Of a stretch of 64,000 bases of DNA, positions 57,654 to 64,000 are shown piece by piece (position 1 is the stretch's first letter; every line of letters begins with the position of its first letter). This DNA is from Eledone cirrhosa (Eukaryota). A program made the translations under genes and the position numbers. Where the stretch lies: the NCBI GenBank assembly GCA_964016885.1, contig OZ024754.1, forward strand, positions 37,076,001 through 37,140,000, written 5' to 3'. The notes beneath the pieces were generated by a model. It was not told where the DNA came from, ran no database searches, and was given only the letters and a program-made list of their open reading frames with translations.

Positions 57654-57712
57654 TGTATATATATCTTTATATATATATATATACTGTATATATATCTTTA
57701 TATATATATACG

Positions 57713-57765
<53 letters not shown>

Positions 57766-57844
57766 TGTATATATATCTTTATATATATATACGTATATAT
57801 ATATACACGCACACATATATATATATATATAAATATAAATCTGC

Positions 57845-57983
57845 AGATTCCTGATGATTTCTAAAGATTGAAACAGTTCTAGTCCTGTAGAATCTCATCT
57901 ATATTAAAACTTTTATACTCTGCTATGTATTGAGTACCTTACTTACTGTGGTTACCTCCGATTGAACCCGGAATAACTTACCT
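57845..57983 (+). mobile_element. Family 3 element, hammerhead at 57845-57895
   Basis: agattc-CTGATGA-tttctaaagatt-GAAA-cag-ttctagtc-ctg-TA-gaatct plus the family 3 tail. Confidence 0.8.
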
Positions 57984-58116
57984 ATATATATTTATATATA
58001 TATGTATACACACATATATATATATATATGTATACACACACATACACACATATATATATATACATATTTATATATATATACATATATATATATATACATA
58101 TTTATATATATATACA

Positions 58117-58189
<73 letters not shown>

Positions 58190-58359
58190 TTGTATGTATA
58201 TATATATATGTACATATATACATGTATATGTAAATATACGTATATATCTATATATATTATATGTATACGTAAATATATAAATGTATGTCTATCTATCTAT
58301 CTCTATATATCTCTATATATATATTTATATATATACATATATATATATACATATATCTA

Positions 58360-58417
<58 letters not shown>

Positions 58418-58843
58418 TATATTCATATATATATTCATATATATATATATACATATATATATATACATATATATACATATATATATATATAAATATATAT
58501 ATTCATATATATATATACATATATATACATATATATATATATAAATATATATAAATATATATATTTATATATATATATTTATATATACATATATATATAT
58601 AGATATATATATATACATATATATATACATATATATATATACATATATATATACATATATATATATACATATATATATACATATATATATATACATATAT
58701 ATACATATATATATATAAATATATATATTTATATATATATATAGTTATATATATATATATATATAAATATATATATATTTATATATATATATATTTATAT
58801 ATATATATATATAAATATATATATATTTATATATATATATATT

Positions 58844-58901
<58 letters not shown>

Positions 58902-58904
58902 AAT

Positions 58905-59057
<153 letters not shown>

Positions 59058-59073
59058 CATATATATATACATC

Positions 59074-59141
<68 letters not shown>

Positions 59142-59274
59142 TACATTGTATATATATGTATATGATGAGAAATGTAGAGCAATTGTAAAGACATGTTGTT
59201 ATATGATAACAAGAAGAACTGTGAAAATAACTGTTTCACATCAAATAGCAATATCTTATTATAGATCATTATAC

Positions 59275-60323
59275 GGTTGTGGTGGTGGTGGTGGTGTTGG
59301 TGGTGGTGGTGGTGTTGGTGTTGGTGGTGGTGGTGGTGGTGGTGGTGATGGTGGTGATGGTGATGGTGGTGGTGGTGGTGGTGGTGGTGATGGTGGTGGT
59401 GGTGGTGGTGGTGGTGATGGTGGTGATGGTGGTGGTGGTGGTTGTGGTGGTGGTGGTGTTGGTGGTGGTGGTGGTGGTGGTGGTGGTGGTGGTGTTGGTG
59501 GTGATGGTGTTTGTGGTGGTGGTGGTGGTGATGGTGGTTGTGGTGGTGGTGGTGATGGTGGTTGTGGTGGTGGTGGTGGTGGTGGTGGTGGTGATCATGG
59601 TGGTGGTGGTGGTGGTTGGTGGTGGTGGTGGTGGTGGTGGTGGTGGTGGTGGTGGTGGTGGTGATGGTGATGGTGGTGGTGGTGGTGGTGGTGGTGATGG
59701 TGGTGGTGGTGGTGGTGGTGGTGATGGTGGTGATGGTGGTGGTGGTGGTGGTGGTGGTTGTGGTGGTGGTGGTGTTGGTGGTGGTGGTGGTGGTGGTGGT
59801 GGTGGTGGTGGTGGTGTTGGTGGTGATGGTGTTTGTGGTGGTGGTGGTGGTGATGGTGGTTGTGGTGGTGGTGGTGATGGTGGTTGTGGTGGTGGTGGTG
59901 GTGGTGGTGGTGGTGATCATGGTGGTGGTGGTGGTGGTTGGTGGTGGTGGTGGTGTTGGTGTTGGTGGTGGTGGTGGTGGTGGTGGTGGTGGTGGTGATG
60001 GTGATGGTGGTGGTGGTGGTGGTGGTGGTGATGGTGGTGGTGGTGGTGGTGGTGGTGATGGTGGTGATGGTGGTGGTGGTGGTGGTGGTGGTTGTGGTGG
60101 TGGTGGTGTTGGTGGTGGTGGTGGTGTTGGTGGTGGTGGTGGTGGTGGTGTTGGTGGTGATGGTGTTTGTGGTGGTGGTGGTGGTGATGGTGGTTGTGGT
60201 GGTGGTGGTGATGGTGGTTGTGGTGGTGGTGGTGGTGGTGGTGGTGGTGATCATGGTGGTGGTGGTGGTGGTTGGTGGTGGTGGTGGTGTTGGTGGTGGT
60301 GGTGGTGGTTGGTGGTGGTGGTG
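59275..60323. repeat. (GGT)n with a ~330-bp higher-order period, running into the gap
   Basis: Marker gatcatgg at ~59593, 59915 and 60249. Confidence 0.9.
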
Positions 60324-60523
60324 NNNNNNNNNNNNNNNNNNNNNNNNNNNNNNNNNNNNNNNNNNNNNNNNNNNNNNNNNNNNNNNNNNNNNNNNNNNNN
60401 NNNNNNNNNNNNNNNNNNNNNNNNNNNNNNNNNNNNNNNNNNNNNNNNNNNNNNNNNNNNNNNNNNNNNNNNNNNNNNNNNNNNNNNNNNNNNNNNNNNN
60501 NNNNNNNNNNNNNNNNNNNNNNN
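60324..60523. other. Assembly gap (200 N)
   Basis: Run of N. Confidence 1.
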
Positions 60524-61849
60524 GTTTCTCGATATATAATAGTAATATAAAGGTGAACTAGTTCTGAACACTTCCCGTCTACAACATCCCCAGTAACTAC
60601 AATGCTTATAAATAATCTAATCTAATCTGGCCGAGTTTAAACTCGCAAATAAGAAGAACCAGGGCCACACCTAGAAGCATTGGATTTGGTGTACTTCATA
60701 TTTGTTTCGGTTGCTGAATACAATCAGGGGTCACTGCTTCTCCTGAAGGTCAATAGTTCTCTTCTAACTCGAACGGGAACACCTTTCCATTCTCAATTTG
60801 CATTGATCATCTGCAAAACCGCATTGTTCTCAGACCCACTACACCAGTCTTTCGATGCGTGCAGCTGGAACTACTGCCACCCATTGATTTGGCAGGATTT
60901 TTTAAAATCAAATATATACACATATATACACAGACAAACGTGCAGTCAATCCTACACACACCCACACCCATATTGTATATACATATTTACACATTTTTAG
61001 ATGGCCGTTGACTCTTATGAGTTCTTCCGCCCTTTGTCAGGTTTTGTTTTTTGTCCTGCAGGGTGTCCAAAATCACCCTCCTCACCAAGTAAACTTGGTG
61101 GGGTCGTCGGTTTAGTCACCGACGACCCGACTATGCGACAGGCTGTAATGGGTTGCATGCTACCAGTAGCACTCAAGAGTGACCTGACACCAGATAAGAT
61201 GCACACAAATAAATGAAAAATTCAAGTGTAATGACCAATAACTAAAACTCTGCTTTCTGGAAGGAAATCACTGTAAAGAAGTTATCATGTTCGATATAAT
61301 CTCTTACGAGGCTCCAACCAGTTAGACATGAGGCCCATTGGAAAACATACAAGACAATGTTTATGTGTTATTATATATAAGGCCCTTGGATATATATATA
61401 AGGGCGATGGATTGGCAGTATCGGTAGAGGGTCGGACGCCATGCTTTGATGCGTAGAGTTACGGCCCTTGTCATTCTGAGTTCAAATCCCGCCGAGGTTA
61501 ACTTTGCCTTTCATCCTTACGAGGTCGATAAAATAAAGTACCAGTAATACACTGGGTAATTGCTGGCCTTGTGCCAAAAGTAGAAACAATTATATATAAG
61601 GGTGGTGGAATGACAGAATCGGTAGAGGGTCGGACAACATGCTTTGCAGCATAGAGTTACGTCCCTTTACGTTATGAGTTCAAATAGCACCGAAGTTTGC
61701 TTTGCCTTTCATCCTTACGGGGTTGATATAATCAACTTTCTCCCCTTCATCAAAACTGTTGGCCCTGTACCCAAGAGAGAATGAGTGAGAGAGAGAGAGA
61801 GAGGGGGATAGAGAGGGAGATATAGTGAGTGAGAGATTGATATGAAAGT

Positions 61850-61914
<65 letters not shown>

Positions 61915-62352
61915 ATATGAGAAAGAGGGGGTGGTTGCTGGAAAAGTGTGGAAGAAGAGGAAAAAGTTAGGGGATGATGGGGATGGTGGGTGTGGTGGTG
62001 ATGGTGGTGATGGGCGTGGGGTGGAGATGGTGGGGATAGCGGTGATGGTGGTGATGGCGGGGTGGGGGTGGGTGGAGATGGTGGGGATGGTGGTGACGGT
62101 GGAGATGGTGGAGATGGTGGAGATGGTGGTGATGGTGGGGATGGTGGTGATGGTGGTGATGGTGGGGATGGTGGTGATGTGAAAGGGGGGGAGGTTGTTG
62201 ATGGTGTCGAGGAAAAGCAAATATACAACAGTGGCCCCCATCTAATTAGGAATTTCTAATTAGGTAAGGGGTAGCGGTAATTCGTTAAAATACTGCCCCA
62301 ATTAACGAAATTTAATTAAACCCAAGGTGACGAATATAATAGAGGGGGAGAA

Positions 62353-64000
62353 GGGTGGTGTGTGTCTGAGGAGAAAGGCGGGGTGTATCCGAGGAGAAAG
62401 GTGGTGTGTGTCTGAGGAGAAAGGCGGAGTGTGTCCGAGGAGAAAGGCTGGGTGTGTCTGAGGAGAAAGGCGGTGTGTGTCTGAGGAGAAAGGCGGTGTG
62501 TGTCTGAGGAGAAAGGCGGGGTGTGTCCGAGGAGAAAGGCGGTGTGTGTCTGAGGAGAAAGTCGGTGTGTGTCTGAGGAGAAAGGCGGGGTGTGTCCGAG
62601 GAGAAAGGCGGTGTGTGTCTGAGGAGAAAGGCGGAGTGTGTCTGAGGAGAAAGGCGGGGTGTGTCTGAGGAGAAAGGCGGGGTGTGTCTGAGGAGAAAGG
62701 CGGGGTGTGTCCGAGGAGAAAGGCGGTGTGTGTCTGAGGAGAAAGGCGGGGTGTATCCGAGGAGAAAGGCGGGGTGTGTCCGAGGAGAGAGGCGGGGTGT
62801 ATCCGAGGAGAAAGGCGGTGTGTATCCGAGGAGAAAGGCGGTGTGTGTCCGAGGAGAAAGGCTGGGTGTGTCCGAGGAGAAAGGTGGTGTGTGTCTGAGG
62901 AGAAAGGCGGAGTGTGTCCGAGGAGAAAGGCTGGGTGTGTCTGAGGAGAAAGGCGGTGTGTGTCTGAGGAGAAAGGCGGTGTGTGTCTGAGGAGAAAGGC
63001 GGGGTGTGTCCGAGGAGAAAGGCGGTGTGTGTCTGAGGAGAAAGTCGGTGTGTGTCTGAGGAGAAAGGCGGTGTGTGTCTGAGGAGAAAGGCGGGGTGTG
63101 TCCGAGGAGAAAGGCGGTGTGTGTCTGAGGAGAAAGGCGGAGTGTGTCTGAGGAGAAAGGCGGGGTGTGTCTGAGGAGAAAGGCGGGGTGTGTCCGAGGA
63201 GAAAGGCGGTGTGTGTCTGAGGAGAAAGGCGGGGTGTATCCGAGGAGAAAGGCGGTGTGTATCCGAGGAGAAAGGCGGTGTGTGTCCGAGGAGAAAGGCT
63301 GGGTGTGTCCGAGGAGAAAGGCGGTGTGTGTCTGAGGAGAAAGGCGGTGTGTGTCTGAGGTGAAAGGTGATGTGTGTCTGAGGAGAAAGGTGGTGTGTGT
63401 CTGAGGAGAAAGGCGGTGTGTGTCTGAGGAGAAAGGCGGGGTGTGTCCGAGGAGAAAGGCGGGGTGTATCCGAGGAGAAAGGCGGGGTGTATCCGAGGAG
63501 AAAGGCGGTGTGTGTCTGAGGAGAAAGGCGGTGTGTGTCTGAGGAGAAAGGCGGGGTGTGTCCGAGGAGAAAGGCAGTGTGTGTCTGAGGAGAAAGGCGG
63601 GGTGTATTCTAGGAGAAAGGCGTTGTGTGTCTGGGGAGAAAGGCGGTGTGTGTCTGAGGAGAAAGGCGGTGTGTGTCTGAGGAGAAAGGCGGAGTGTGTC
63701 CGAGGAGAAAGGCTGGGTGTGTCTGAGGAGAAAGGCGGTGTGTGTCTGAGGAGAAAGGCGGTGTGTGTCTGAGGAGAAAGGCGGGGTGTGTCCGAGGAGA
63801 AAGGCGGTGTGTGTCTGAGGAGAAAGTCGGTGTGTGTCTGAGGAGAAAGGCGGTGTGTGTCTGAGGAGAAAGGCGGGGTGTGTCCGAGGAGAAAGGCGGT
63901 GTGTGTCTGAGGAGAAAGGCGGAGTGTGTCTGAGGAGAAAGGCGGGGTGTGTCTGAGGAGAAAGGCGGGGTGTGTCTGAGGAGAAAGGCGGGGTGTGTCC
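62353..64000. repeat. 23-bp minisatellite, continues past window end
   Basis: Unit gaggagaaaggcggtgtgtgtct. Confidence 0.95.

Noticed and set aside
60680-61000. 106-aa ORF after the gap
   Set aside because: TTG start, no motif, runs into low-complexity sequence.

Overview
Repeat-dense, AT-rich animal genomic DNA. The SINE families and extreme microsatellite load suggest an octopod cephalopod (inference). One host gene can be reconstructed by hand: a Kizuna (KIZ/PLK1S1) centrosomal-protein homologue on the minus strand. It has nine phase-consistent GT-AG coding exons from ATG 13004 down to 298, continues past the left edge, and has an RFX X-box-like palindrome just upstream. The remaining ~50 kb holds tRNA-derived SINEs, TTAA piggyBac-type MITEs, fragments of RTE, CR1/L2-type, CRE-type and Penelope retroelements, mini/microsatellites and a 200-N gap. 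Almost all long ORFs in the track are repeat artefacts. The main discovery is about ten sequence-distinct families of short elements sitting in (TA)n tracts. Most have a fold-back (inverted) 5' arm, a type I hammerhead ribozyme fold (CUGANGA...GAAA...NUH) and a short 3' tail with an ACTC...GAGT motif. Support includes stem I covariation between copies, a U3-A8 core variant, and one copy joined directly to a Penelope GIY-YIG coding fragment. All coordinates were read by eye and may be off by a few bases.
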